A DNA stretch of 63,608 bases, filler included, from Octopus bimaculoides (Eukaryota): NCBI RefSeq assembly GCF_001194135.2. It is 6 parts of 6 records of this genome, joined end to end, with 100 filler letters (N's around TTAATTAATTAA, not from the genome) between each part and the next. Parts side by side here need not be neighbours in the genome. Positions count along the whole stretch, not along the records: positions 1 to 27,504 come from NC_068987.1; 5 more parts are not named here. One strand, given 5' to 3'. A program made the translations under genes and the position numbers. This document shows, piece by piece, positions 12,833 through 25,724 of the stretch. The stretch's first letter is position 1; each line of letters begins with the position of its first letter. The notes beneath the pieces were generated by a model that saw nothing but the letters and a program-made list of their open reading frames with translations, searched no databases and was not told the origin of the DNA.

Positions 12833-13335
12833 GTTTGTTAATAGTCATGGCATATGACAAACGGACAGGGAACTGGGTTCTCTCTAAGGTGAATGGCAAG
12901 TTAGGGTCGCTTGGAGCCAGCTTTATTCTGGGGATGAGGACTCATTTGCCAATTAGTGAGCTGCCAATCAAGTAAGCCTCGATTTAGTGTTGATGCATGG
13001 CCACCACTTCCAGTCTTGTACCATTGCAGATTCCATTCTGGATAGAAATATTATGAAGAAGCATTACTATTGAGCCAGGTTTTAAACTCAATTAACAAGG
13101 AGGGATTCCTGATGGTGTAAAAGAGTTTAGAAATTCAAGTGGATAGCACTCAGTCTCAGTAGGATCATTTGTCAAAACTTTACCTGAACTATAATAGGTG
13201 TAGCAGTCACCTGGAAGTTGTCTCAAAACTTCTTCATTGATCAGGAGGCAGTCTGAGTTCTTTGGTGAAAGAATTACTCTGCTTCTTGCTTCCTTAGATG
13301 TATTGTTGAAGATATCATCCACTGTGCACCTGTGA
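12833..13335 (-). mobile_element. Helitron RepHel PIF1-like helicase fragment (pseudogenised)
   Basis: Minus strand reads RVILSPKNSDCLLINEEVL...YPLEFLNSFTPSGIPP...LLHNISIQNGICNGTRL...[34 protein letters not shown] with internal stops. These are Helitron helicase motifs. Confidence 0.9.
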
Positions 13336-13659
13336 AAAACAAAATACCTCCACATTTTGAGTAACATTTGATTTCAGTTTCAAAATTTGTTTCATTAGAT
13401 ATATAGATAAAAATCCCATCTCCGATTTACAGTTTACACATATCTATACATGTATGTATAGATGCATACACAGAATGTCACACATTCACACACACACTGA
13501 CTTTCTATCACTCTGACTCTTTCTCTCTTACTACCTCTTTGTCCCTTCTCAGTATCGAAAAGTAAAAGTAACATCGAAAATTTACTGTGGTTATTTCTCT
13601 TTGATTCAACAATCTGTTGATGTATTTATCTGTCTACTTGTGTTCCGTATAGATATGTG

Positions 13660-13703
<44 letters not shown>

Positions 13704-14460
13704 CCTATAAGCACACAGAGACTTTCACACACACACACTTTCTACCACCACTCTCTCCCTCCATCTCCATCTGACTTTTTTTCTCTCACTACCTCTCTGT
13801 TCCTATTATATGAAGAGCGTAACAGATGAACAAACTAACTAAAGAAGGAACATTACCATAACAATTGCACATTGTATCTGGATGTGTGCACCTGCGAAAA
13901 AAAAAAACCCCTCCACATTTTGAGTAACATTTTATTTCAATTTCAAAATTTGTTTTATTTATTTTATTAGATAGATATAGTTGTCCAAAGCAGATTACTT
14001 TTGAATAATATTTGATTTCTATTTCAAAATTTGTTTCATTAGATATATAGATAAAAATCCCATCCCCGATTTACAGTTTACACATATCTATACATGTATG
14101 TATAGGTGCACACACACACACACACACACACACACTTTCTATCACCACTCTCTCTCTCCCTTCTCCTGACTCTTTCTCTCTCACTACCTCTTTGTCCTTC
14201 CTCTGTATTGAAAAGTAAAAAGTAACATCGAAAATTTACTGTGGTTATTTCTCTTTGATTTAACAATCTGTCGATGTATTTATCTATCTACTTGTATTCC
14301 GTATAGATATGTGTCTATCTATCTATCTATAAACACATTCACACATACTATCACCACTCTCTCTCTCTCTCTCTCTCACTACTTCTCTGTTCCTCCTCTT
14401 ATATATTATATGAAGAACGTAATGGACGAACAAACTAAGGAAAGAACAAGCAGATTATAA
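13323..14460. repeat. Tandem duplication of a roughly 560-bp microsatellite-containing unit
   Basis: cacctg..aaaa..cctccacattttgagtaacattt at about 13325 and 13888. The internal blocks (gaaaagtaaaagtaacatcgaaaatttactgtggttatttctctttgatt, TCTA repeats, gaaga.cgtaa..gacgaacaaactaa) occur twice. Confidence 0.85.
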
Positions 14461-17068
14461 TATGGTTCAATATTAATTTAAGTTATTTAAAATAGTCATT
14501 TTCTTAAATTTGTATCCTCATTTTTTTTTCCATTTTTAAAATTCTTTAAATATATCCATTTGTACCGAAATTATATTAATATGAAAGAGAAATGTTAAAA
14601 GAATATATTGGTAAAGGTTTTGTAAAATTTTATCCATTAGAAAAAAGATATTTAATTTTAATTCTCAAATTTTATCAATTTTTGCTTGATGTTAAAGGGA
14701 CACTACTCGTATATGAACTAATTTTATAGTAAATAGATTATGATTATTTGAGGCATTGTCTCTATGAACAGTACTGAAATCTGTAGTAAGGCTGTTCAGA
14801 AAAAGTAAATGCTACTTATTACATTCTATTCAATATTAATTTATTTAAAATTCTTTAAATATATTCATTTGTAACTTTGTTTCTTTACAGTACTGAAATT
14901 GCAGTACGTACATTATGTCCAGAAAAGGCAAAGTTGCAATGATTATCATTCATTTTTAATTTAATTTCTAAATGAGAATTAGTCAAATGAAAAAATCAAA
15001 ATTTTGTTTGAATTTTCTTGGAAATTTTTGCATTCAAAATGACTGCTAAAAATGGTAATTAATTAAAAATTTTACTATTACTGCAATGCCTGTAAAAACA
15101 TGGGACTAGCTAATGAAAAATGCAGATGCATAATGACAGTATTCTTAACAATTAAATCTGGAAAAGTAGAGGACAAGAAAAAACTCATTAAAATTAGAGC
15201 TTAAAATATTGCTGTTAAAATGAAAATTTTATATATATGTTTTCTACTAAGTAGTCTATGGTTTAAGATAAAAATACCTCTTAGGTACTTTTTCATATTT
15301 TTTTAAAATTCAATTAATTACACTTTTCCTTTTTTATTTTAGTTTTATTTTTTGTACTAAATGAATTAGTAAAAAATTAAAAATTTAAATTTAAGTAACA
15401 ATATTTTAGTTGAACAACAACTGAACATTTTAAAAGGTATCTGAAATTAGTTTTCAGTTCTGATGACACCATGCTCTTTAACAACAATCGAACTAATGTT
15501 TGGAATAATTAAAAGGTGAATAGAGTTTCAGAAAGCCTTTTCTTCTAAGCAACTGTACAAAAGCCCTTACTATTTCACTTAAATTTAAGCTATATGTGAA
15601 AATTGGTTTTGGTACTTTAGATTAATATAAAGACTGGATTTAGTGTTTGATAACATAGACAATACACTAAAGAAAGCAGATTCTAGCATTAAAACAAATA
15701 TTGCTGACAGCTTGGTTTTTCCTAAACAGGAATATTAATGATTAAAAGTCCTATTACCTTTTGAATTTTCAATTCCAGTTTTTCTTTATTTTGTCTTTAG
15801 AATCTCAATACTTCTGTAATTCAAAGATTGTTATTAAATACATTAGTGCAAATCATAAAGCTAACCATCACTTAAGAAGTAGGAGATGGTAACCAAGAAA
15901 ATGTTTTCTTTATAGAAAGACTGGTAATTTCTATAGTAATGAAAGTAGTAACTTAGTTGAATACATTGTTAGATGTGCAATGTAAACCTGAAGGAGATAT
16001 ATGGTTGTTGTGGAAAAGTAACTGAGTTTTAGGGAATTCTCTTGTAGATTATACAGATAGCCGATATGGATGTGTAATGTGTGAGTACACAGTATACAGA
16101 ATCAACTTTGGATAGGGTATTTAAATCAACTTATAAGACTTGATAGATAACAGGAAAAGATTGATTTATAATCAGAATGTTGTTTATCATATGTATATAT
16201 ATTCCCTGAATTAAATAACATTGTGAACTTGTGGATTTCTTGGATGAGTTAGTGGAGTTTTGTTATCTAAGTAGCGGTTGTAGTGAATTTAATGAATATA
16301 TTGGTTAAGTTTTGAAGAGCATAAAATGAAAGATCTTTTAGCTTGTTTCTCAAGAAAAGACAACTATTTGTTGTATAATGTTTTTGAATGTACACTTGTT
16401 GACTTCTACAAAAGGTTCAGTACAAGTAAAATGAAAAAGCACTCAGCATCATAAGTGTCATTGATTAATGAAAGATTGATGTAAATTTGGACAAATGCAT
16501 AGGAATGATGCATGCTGGCATGAAAATGTTCTTTAGTTATTGCATGAGAGTGCTTTCAGATGTAGGTAATGGAAAGTTTGGGAAGTAGTCAAATCATAAT
16601 TTAAATATTGAGTTTCGCAAATGACATCATAAAATTGACATGCTGTATATTGATCACTTCAGCATAACCCAAGGTAATGTGGAAAAACAAGTCCTAACAG
16701 ATGATGGTGCTTCAAAATTACAAAGTAAGTATTCTAACAAATTTTTTGGTTCACAAAAACGGCATATTTGTCTTGAAAATTTAAGTTATTTTCTAATGGA
16801 TTGTTGGAATGTTCCAAGTTTTTGTGTTTCTTTTTAATAAAAGATATATCACCTGATTATGTCTTTTTCTGTTTTTTTTTTTTGAAGATTTTTATTGAGA
16901 AGAGAGGAGTTCACTCAGAATGTTCTCTTCACTTTTGAATATATTGTTATGTGTGTGTGTGTATATATATATATATTTACACACACACACATATACTGCT
17001 GCTGTTTAGCAGATACTGTCTCAGTGATATCCTGCAAACACTGAAAAAGCTGCCTGCATTGATCTTAA

Positions 17069-17230
17069 CCCTTTAGCATTCAAATCACTCTGTCAAATGT
17101 AAGACTTATTTATTCATGTTGTTTTGAATTAAACATTTATCAAAATCTTGATGATGTAATTGTTTATTTTTAAGATGACTGGCTGGTTTGAACATAAATG
17201 GAATACTTGGGCTTGATATGGCTTAGAAGG
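17069..17230. mobile_element. piggyBac-type MITE, degenerate copy
   Basis: TTAA|ccctttagcattcaaatcactctgtcaaatg start. The body matches the 36705-36946 copy and the reverse complement of 31013-31233. Right end is decayed. Confidence 0.6.
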
Positions 17231-18649
17231 TTACACTTCTGTTTTCTTCTGAGATAGTCTGTCAATATCACTTTTCCTGTGGGGGACTTCATGTCGGGGT
17301 CTTGCAAATGTAATATGCCTAAAAGTTTGTTATCTCCCAGTACTAATCCTTTGGCAGTCAGTTTTACTTTCCAGCCTTTCAATGCTTTATGAGCGAGTGA
17401 ACAAATGAAAGTAGCACTCAACACATTTCATTGGAGTTACATGCTTTTTTTATAGTTTTCTCAGCTTCACATTACTTGAAGTTTGATGGGCATAGGAGAT
17501 GTCCTTCTCAGATTTGAAAGGGAGAGAGTCTATCTCTGAATATGTGATGGGGTGGACATGTCCCACACCCATGAAAATTTAAGTAATGTAAAACTGATTC
17601 AAAGTATTATTAAATAAAGCAATATACTCAAGTCATTAGCTGTGCAACCTGATTTATAACGAAGCAGTAGAGTATCTATTGTATTAGTTGTTGCTTAAAA
17701 CAATAGGGCAACATTTTTATGTATAGATACAGAACAGAGGCTGCAAATTGATAGTAGAAAGTGACATTTGTAGAAATGACTAATGAAAACTTTGAAAATA
17801 GATCAAAGCTAAAATCATGAATGTTAAGGATTAAGTGATAGGGAGAGATGCTATATAGCAAATTCTGTGAGTGCTAAATTTTCTGGGGATTGGGTTGACA
17901 TTTTGCTGGTGCAAATTACTCTAAATGTCTGGATCGTTGTTATTAAAAATTACAGTTGAAATATATTATTAACTCGTACTATTCAAAGTGTTGCTTACTT
18001 TCTGTGAGTGCTGAATTTTCTGGAGATTGGGTTGACAGTTTGCCTGTGGTTTCTTTGTTAACCGGGATAAACTCTGAATGTTCATTGCTCTTGTAGCCAA
18101 AGCTAATGTATGTAGAGGAATGATGTATCTAGCCCCATGATTCTAATAGTTTTCATGGATTGTTACATCAAGTAAATGCGGTGCAACTGTCAAATGGTGA
18201 TACATTTATGTAGAAGCCCTTGCTAGAGTAAATATCTTAATTCTGTAGCCAGTGGGATTGTTCAGGTATGATGGGAATGACCTAACAAGTTTACCCTTAG
18301 CATGAGGGCTAGAGATAGATGCTTCTGAGATGTCACTTGGTAATTGTTTTGCACTATCACACATTCTAAAGTAATATAATTTACTGGTGAACTAGATCTT
18401 TCAATTTGTGACATTGACACATTTGGGAGAACTGGATCACTCACAAGCAACTTATGGTCATTGTCGGTGTCCCATCTTGCCAAAGTATCAGGTGATGCTT
18501 GTGAGTGTGCTTGGCTGTTCCAGTACCTTTTCCTCACAGTTATCCATGGGAATGTCACAAGTATTTTAGGCTGCCTTAAAAGGTTTTAGAGGAAATCCTC
18601 TATTGTGTGTGTAACATTTTGACCAATTTTATTGTTAACCATTTCATCA

Positions 18650-20530
18650 TCATTTAATATCTGTTTTCCATGCTGGCATGGGTTGGATGGTTTGATCAGA
18701 GCTGGTAAGGCCAGGAGCCACATCAGGCTCCATTGTCTGTTCTGGCATGGTTTCTACAGCTAGATGCCCTTCCTAACATCAACCACTCCACAAAGTGTAC
18801 TGGGTGCTTTCAATGTGGCACCAGTACCAGTGCTTTTTGTGTGGCATCAGCACCAGTATTAACTCTGCTGTGACAGATAGGTCTTCTTGAGTATAGTAAG
18901 TCACCAGATATCTTGGTTCTTCATCATCTTTCGTAAGGCTCAGAGTCTTGAGATTGGAGCTTCAATACTTTATCCCATGTCTTCCTGGTCTCCCTCTTCC
19001 AAAAGTTCCATCCACCCTAAGTGATTTACACTTCTGTATACAACTGTCTACATTCATATGCATCGCACAACCAAACCAGTGCAGTCTTTCTTTTGCACAC
19101 TGCATCTAATTCCTCTTATGCCCAACTTTTCTCTCAATACACTAGCGCTCTGTCACACATTTACACTGACCTTGCATATCCAGCAGAGCATACTAGCTTC
19201 ATTACTCTCTAGCCTTCACATGTCTTCTGCATTTAGGGTCCATGTCTCACTACCATGTAGCATTGCTGTTCATATACATGCATCATACAATCTTTTTCTC
19301 TCTTGTCTCTTGGAGAGAGAGGCTTTTGGTTATCAACAGAGGTAGAAGCTCTCTGAATTTTCTCCATCCTATTCTTATTCTAGTGATTACACTTTCTGTG
19401 CTTCCTTCCCCACAACTAATTAGGGCCCCTAGGTAACAGAAATTATCCACTACCTCTGAAGAGCCTCCAGGGCATTTGAAAAAATTGGTTTCCTGAGGAA
19501 TTCCTGCCTACACCTTTTCTACCTATATAGAGCCAGGCCATTTGCCTGATGAAGAAAGGGTCCTGTCCGTTTTCTTGCCTACTAGAACCTTAATCTTTGC
19601 TAAGTTAACTTTAAAGCCCTTTGATTCTAGGTTTTGTTTCCACACCTGGAATTTCTTTTCTAGTTCTTTTACAAAGTCTACTATCAGAGCAACATCATCA
19701 GCATATAACAGTTCCCAGAGGCAGCCAACCTTGAATTTCTCTGTTATAGCCTGGAGAATGATGATGAATAGGACTGAGAACTGAACTCTGATGAATGCCT
19801 ACCTGTAAACTAAATTCATCACTATACTCACAGTTAACTCTCACCTTACTAACAGAACTTCTGTACATGGCTTGTTCGGCTTTCACAAGTCACTTGCCTA
19901 CCCCTAGCTTCCTCAGAACTCAGCATATCATGCTGTGGGGTACTCTGTCAAAGGCTTTCTCTGAGTCAATAAACACCAAGTACAATGGTTTATTCTTAGC
20001 CAAATACTTCTGCAGTTGTCTTGCCTGTAAAGATAGCATCAATTGTGCTTCTTGGCACAAAGCCAAACTGCATTTCATCTAATTTGATTCTGCTCCTAAT
20101 TAACTGGGCTGTGACTCTTTCCATCACTTTCATGACCTGGTCTAGCAACTTGATACCTCTCTATTTACTTTTATCTAAAGCATCTCCCTTACCTCTATAG
20201 CAGCTGATTATAATGCTGCTACACCAGTCATTGGAGAAGACACTTTCCTGAATAACCTGATTAACTATATAGGTGACTAGAGCATATCATACTCTAGCAG
20301 ATATTTCAAAGCATCTCATCAATGACTCCCAATGAGCCAGTGGCTTTCCCTGTCTTCCTATCCTTAATTGCCTTATCTATTATACTGCTGTCAACATGAA
20401 TAGTCGTTCCCTCTGTTGGATTCACTTGGGGGAGATACCTTTTCTCCCATTCATTCTCCACATTTAAGAGCCTTTTATAGTAACACTTGCACACACCTTT
20501 CTTTTCAGAGTCACTGTGAGCAAGCATGCC
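18650..20530 (-). mobile_element. RTE-clade LINE, 5'-truncated and degenerate
   Basis: Minus-strand peptides YKRLLNVENEWEK...DKAIKDRKTGKATG, VSKVRVNCEYSDEFSLQVGIHQSSVLSP, RLHWFG...GRGRP. The 3' tail ends in a (GAT)n-type repeat (catcatcat on +). Confidence 0.85.
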
Positions 20531-21049
20531 ATTATCCATGCACACACACACACTTCTCTCTCACAGCTAATTTCAACACAAATGTTTTTAACAATAAAGG
20601 ATTAATTATATGGACATATAGTAGTGACAAATCTTTATAACATGAAATATTTACTAAACACGTTACACAAAAACATTCCTGGATGTCACTGAGATTTGGT
20701 GAAGACATTCCTTCCACATCTCTATGTTCATTAACAAACAAAACTTATCTTGATTTTATGTTTTTGTATTGTTACTGTAAATCTGACACAGAGTTATGTG
20801 TTTTCAGACAATCACAGAATTAAGGGACATGACCAACTCAGATATCCACAATGGATTAGATGTAGTAGTTGACGAAAGTGATATTCTATGAATAATTGTG
20901 GAAGATAGATTGTTGCACTCAGAAATGTATGAAAATCAACTGTCAAATTTTGCACTATCTTGGATCATGCCTAGTTCGAGCGAAATAGCCCACAAAATAT
21001 CCATTGTTGCACTGACCCATTTCAGTTATGGAATTGTAAATATGAAATA

Positions 21050-22116
21050 CTAACAGCTAAGCCCGATATCACCTGGTCTGTTTGGATGATGTAGCTGTGA
21101 TCGTTTTCAGTTAGGCATAGTCTATAACAGCATTTCTCAAACTTATCATTTCGGGTCCCCTGTTTAGATTAGAGCCTCCAGCTAAATGAAAATCCCCCCC
21201 CCCCCCTCCGTTAGAAAATAGCTTCAGTTGTGAAGAACGAATTTGTACATGGTCTGTTTCTGAGAGCTATTCTATTGGACCTCTGTCTAATCATTAAAAC
21301 ATTGGGCGATCTTTTGATATGGGAACACACGACTGTCACTTATAAACCACGTGTGTTTATTTACATTTTTGAAGATGATTGTCGGTTTCTGTAAAAATTT
21401 TTTATTTTTTTGATATGGGGTTGGGTGGAAGGGGGATCTTGAAGTCAGCATGAAAGCGAAAGAGACAGAGAGAGTGCGATTGTATGAATGAAGTTCTTAT
21501 GAAGTTGGTGTGAAGTGGAAGAATTGATGTGTGTGTGTGTTTGGTGGGGGTGTGCGAGACAATGTGTGGTATGTATGTGAATTGCTTTTGTTAGTGTATG
21601 TGAAGAGACAGAGAGAATAATGTTGCTGGTGTGTGTGTATGTGTGAGAGAGAGAGAGAGATAACTGAAATTTTTTATTCACTTTTTGTAGTGAGTGATTG
21701 ACAGAAAAAGCAAGAGAGACATGTATGTATGAATAGCTTCAGTGACACACATGCACACAGGTTGTTATGTATGTATCTATGCATGACTGAGAAAGAGTTA
21801 ACTGAAATTTTATTATTCACTTTTTTGTAGTGAGTAACTGACAGAGAAAAGGAGAGAGAGGTTATGTATGTATGGCTTTGGCTGACTGTCATCCTGTACT
21901 CCCCTTGTTGCTACCGAAATGGTATATGCCGTTCCATTAGAAAAAGTTTTAATCGATTTTCTATGGGGCTAGGATAAAAATACAGACCGCATTCCAATCT
22001 ATGCACCCGTCTCCACATGTGTGCCATTTTTCACGCAAATCCACCCAGCCGTTTCGCCGTGAACCTCAAGACAAGAAAGAATACAACGGTTGGCCAACTT
22101 CAATTTATATTATAGA
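21050..22116 (-). mobile_element. Non-autonomous Helitron, copy 1
   Basis: On + it begins ctaacagctaagcccgatatcacctggtctgtttgg and ends aatttatattataga. Same termini and internal blocks as copy 2. Confidence 0.75.
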
Positions 22117-22123
22117 AAGAAGA

Positions 22124-24056
22124 CTAGCAGCTAAGCCCGGTTTCACCCAGTCTGTTTGGCTGATGTGACTGTGATCATTTTCAGTTAGGCATAATCTATN
22201 NNNNNNNNNNNNNNNNNNNNNNNNNNNNNNNNNNNNNNNNNNNNNNNNNNNNNNNNNNNNNNNNNNNNNNNNNNNNNNNNNNNNNNNNNNNNNNNNCCCC
22301 TTTTTTGGATACAGGGAATACGAATCTGTCAAAAAATTGGCAAAAATCGACATTTCTAAATTACTCCCACCCCCATTTCCTTTATTTTGAACATTTTTCA
22401 GAATTTTTTTTTTCAAAATATGCAGAAAAATACAGAGATTATGATTCTGAAAAAAATTTCCAAAACTCTTTATAAAATTTTTTTTTTTAAGTCTTTCCAA
22501 AATATCTTCGCAGAAAACAGCTTCAGGAGTTGTGAAGAAAGAATTTGTATTTAGTCTGTTTCTGAAAACTATTCTATTGGACATCTGTCTAATCACGTCT
22601 TTTAAGGTACACACACATACATAGAAAATGTGAGGTCATGATAGAAAATTTTTACGATAGTTGATTTATGGAAAAGATTATGTTAAATTTTTGAAATGCA
22701 AATCTGTGAATGAAAATTTTCACACCTTTGCATAGTAGGTAGACCTGGTAGAAATAGCAGCCAAATCTACCTCAAAACACCCTACTGTATTAATGCGACA
22801 ATTCTGCGTATTATGTAGTTTGAATGAGAAACTAACTAAAGATGAAGCTAATTAACCCCACAAAGAGGTGAAAGGAGAGACAGCATAGCGAAAGTTTTGG
22901 CTGACTGTCATCCTGTAGTCCTCTTGTTGCTGTGTGAGCAACTGGTTGTTTTAATGGCAGAACAAAGTGGGGATTTGCATTTTAAAAAGTTTTAATTGAT
23001 TTTCTCGGTAATTATGGGGCTAGGAAAAAAATAGAAGAGACATTAAGAAGTTGACGTTAAGAATTGCTTTAACAGTTAGAAAATGTTTGATATTTCAAAC
23101 ATCACCAAAAAATGAAGCTGTAAGAATTTACGGGAAAATTGTTTGTAAGATGTCTTTGTAACTGTACTGCCAAAGTTCTGCAACTTAATAGCAGATGTAT
23201 CCAATTTAAGAAAAAAGTGAAGATAAAAGGTAAGTGGAGAAGTATGGAATAAGTCATTGTTATACGCTTATAGAAAAAATAGACACATACCTTTTTAGAA
23301 AACAAAATGTAGCTGAGAGCTATTGTATTAGACATTTGTCTAATCAGAGAGCAGAAATTGAAAGAAGATATGTGAAATGGACGTGTGTGTATGTATGTGT
23401 GTGTTTTTGTGGATAATTTGGCAGGAGTTTTGCAGTCAGTACAAGGTGGTTTGTGTTTATCTCTCGAGTCGAATTGTTGTGAATTTGTAATAGCAATGCC
23501 CGGACAAGTGAAAATATTTTTTTAGTATGAGGTTGGGGAAAAAAGGGGATCTTTTGAAGTCGGTGAGAAAGCAAAAGAGACAGAGAGAGCACGGTTGTAT
23601 CAGTGAAGTTCTTATGAAGTTGCATGAGATGGAAGAATTGATGTGTGTGCGTGCATGTGTGTGTGTGTGTTTGATGGGGTGTGTATATGAATTGCTTTTG
23701 TGACTGTGTGTGAAGAGACAGAGAGAGTAATGTTGATGGTGTGTGTGTATATGAAAGAGAGAGAGAGAGATAACTGAAATTGTTTACATTCAGTTTTTGT
23801 AGTGAGTGAATGACAGAGAGAGAGAGAGTGGTTATGTATGTATGAATGGCTTCAGTGACACACACACACACGCATGTTGTTTAATCGATTTTCTCAGTAA
23901 CTATGGGGGCTAGGAAAAAATATAAACCACATTCCAATCTATGCACCCGTCTCCACATGTGTGCCATTTTTCACGCGAATCCACCCAGCCGTTTGGCTGT
24001 GAACCTCAAGACAAGAAAGAATACAATGCTTGCCCATGTCAAATTTATATTATAGA
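22124..24056 (-). mobile_element. Non-autonomous Helitron, copy 2
   Basis: Minus strand starts A|TCTATAATATAAATTTG (5' TC) and ends ...gggtgaaaccgggcttagctgCTAG|T (3' CTAG with a GC-rich subterminal segment). Contains an N gap and (TG)n/(AG)n tracts. Confidence 0.8.
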
Positions 24057-24099
24057 TTAAATAGAATTCTTCCTCTTTTACTCGTCACCTGTTAAGAGG

Positions 24100-25000
24100 C
24101 AACATAGCTTGTTTCAGTGATGTCAGAGACTTAACAAATCTCTTCTCTTCACCCAACAACCTTCACAGATGCAACCAACTACCAATGCCAACTAGCTGAT
24201 CTGCAATAACAAATCTCTTGCAAGCTTTTATATCCTTTCACATCACTTAGTAAGTAGAAATTTCTTGAGAACTACTAATAGGCTTTGTAAGTTATTTATC
24301 GTGTAATAGTAAATAAAAGCCAATATTTTATCCCAATTTTGTGCTCCAGTTACCTCCCTCTCTCCCTGGAACTACTTCATTGTTAAATCTATCCTTCATT
24401 CTCAATATCATTCCTTTCCAATTTATTTTCCACCAATCCTCCCTTTCTGTGTTTCCAGTAATCTCTGAGCTTTGTCTTAAGACTACCATATCTCATCCTT
24501 AACACCCTTTCTTATCTGGTATCATTCTTAACACCTATTGATGGCCTTCTTGTTTTTGTCCCCTATTCACTATAACTTCCTCTACAGACCCCTGATATCC
24601 AGCTTTCTCTTTCTCTCTCTGCCCGCCCTTCCATCCTGCACATCATCTTTCAGTTTTCTGACCTACCAACAAGCTTTTTATTCTGCTGCTTCCCACCCTT
24701 CTTGAACCATCAGTTATCACCTCCTCCTTCCTGAACAACTATTTCTTTTGCCTCCCCCAACATACTAATATTTATTATTGACCACATATCCATCCTTCTG
24801 CATCATTCACAACATTAACTTCTACTCTCATCTCTAACTACCTGTCACTCTCCTCTCACTCTTCTATGAAGTTATCCATCCACTCCACCTAGTCCTTTCT
24901 CCATATTCTCTCACATTCACCTTCTTGTAACATGAGAGTACAGTAAGACACCTGTTCCTCTCACCTCTACCATACTTTAGCCTTCCCTGCATCTGGCATA
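24100..25000 (-). mobile_element. Decayed LINE fragment (RTE-like)
   Basis: Pyrimidine-rich + strand resembling antisense RTE coding sequence. It abuts a + strand RTE-type 3' tail at about 25050-25195. No clean motif. Confidence 0.35.
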
Positions 25001-25668
25001 TAACCACCTCCCACTTTACTTCAACCCTATTCAGTTGATGGGTCAGCCAGTACACTCTGTAAAGTGGTTGGGATTAGGAAAGGCATCAAGCCATAGAAAC
25101 CATATCAAAACAGACATTGGAGCTCATTGGATCCTGTTAAACCAGCCAATCCATGCTAGTAAGGAAGACAGATATTAATTGATGATAGTGATGACTTGGT
25201 TATTATTATATAAGGTTTAAATTTCAATTAAAAGATCGTCAGAGAATTCGTTAATGTCACTACCAGAAAGTGACATCTAAAAAAAATCATTCTATAGAAA
25301 TATTTCTACAGAAATGTGACAGCACTTTTCTGATCCATGTAAAACACCTGCTTTATCATAGGTCTTCATATTTGGTAATGTTATTACTATTATAAGGAAG
25401 AGAGAATATATCTACCTGTGTTTTATAATTGTAGTCATTTTGACAATTATTTGAAGATTAAATCATGATATTAAAAAAAAAAAAATCACATCATCTTTTG
25501 ACTAGATATCCAGATGTTCAAGCATTTTTTCCAACCTGACTACACTCGGAAATATATTTTTTTTGCTAGTTAGATGCACTAGTTCTTTATTTAAACAAAA
25601 TTTTATTTCAATAAATCCTACCAACTAAGTTACGCGATAAAATGGAAAGTCACGAATGTCGGCCATAT

Positions 25669-25701
25669 AGTCACGTGACTTTATGGTGGCAAAATGGCGA
25701 C
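25669..25701 (+). promoter_or_regulatory. PPIE proximal promoter: palindromic E-box and YY1/TISU-like start context
   Basis: 12-bp perfect palindrome AGTCACGTGACT at 25669-25680 (contains the GTCACGTGAC CLEAR/USF-type E-box). CAAAATGGCGAC at 25690-25701 matches TISU SAASATGGCGGC at 10/12 and contains the YY1 core AAAATGGCG. Locally CpG-rich. Confidence 0.6.
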
Positions 25702-25724
25702 TAATAAACGCGTTGTGTATGTTG
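25694..25724 (+). CDS. PPIE: Peptidyl-prolyl isomerase E (cyclophilin 33), first coding exon only
   Basis: ATG GCG ACT AAT AAA CGC GTT GTG TAT GTT G|GTGAGT encodes MATNKRVVYVG, versus human PPIE MATTKRVLYVG. Strong phase-1 donor after 31 coding nt, the exon-1 length I recall for vertebrate PPIE. Short match; downstream exons not found. Confidence 0.8.

Noticed and set aside
15900-18600. Possible large minus-strand coding exon (includes ORF 18262-18558)
   Set aside because: Every frame I translated has frequent stops and no recognisable motif.
25217-25276. Minus-strand MSLSGSDINEFSDDLLIEI*, F-box-like and divergent from the PPIE promoter
   Set aside because: Only 19 codons, ends in a stop with no splice donor, and the resemblance is too short to support.
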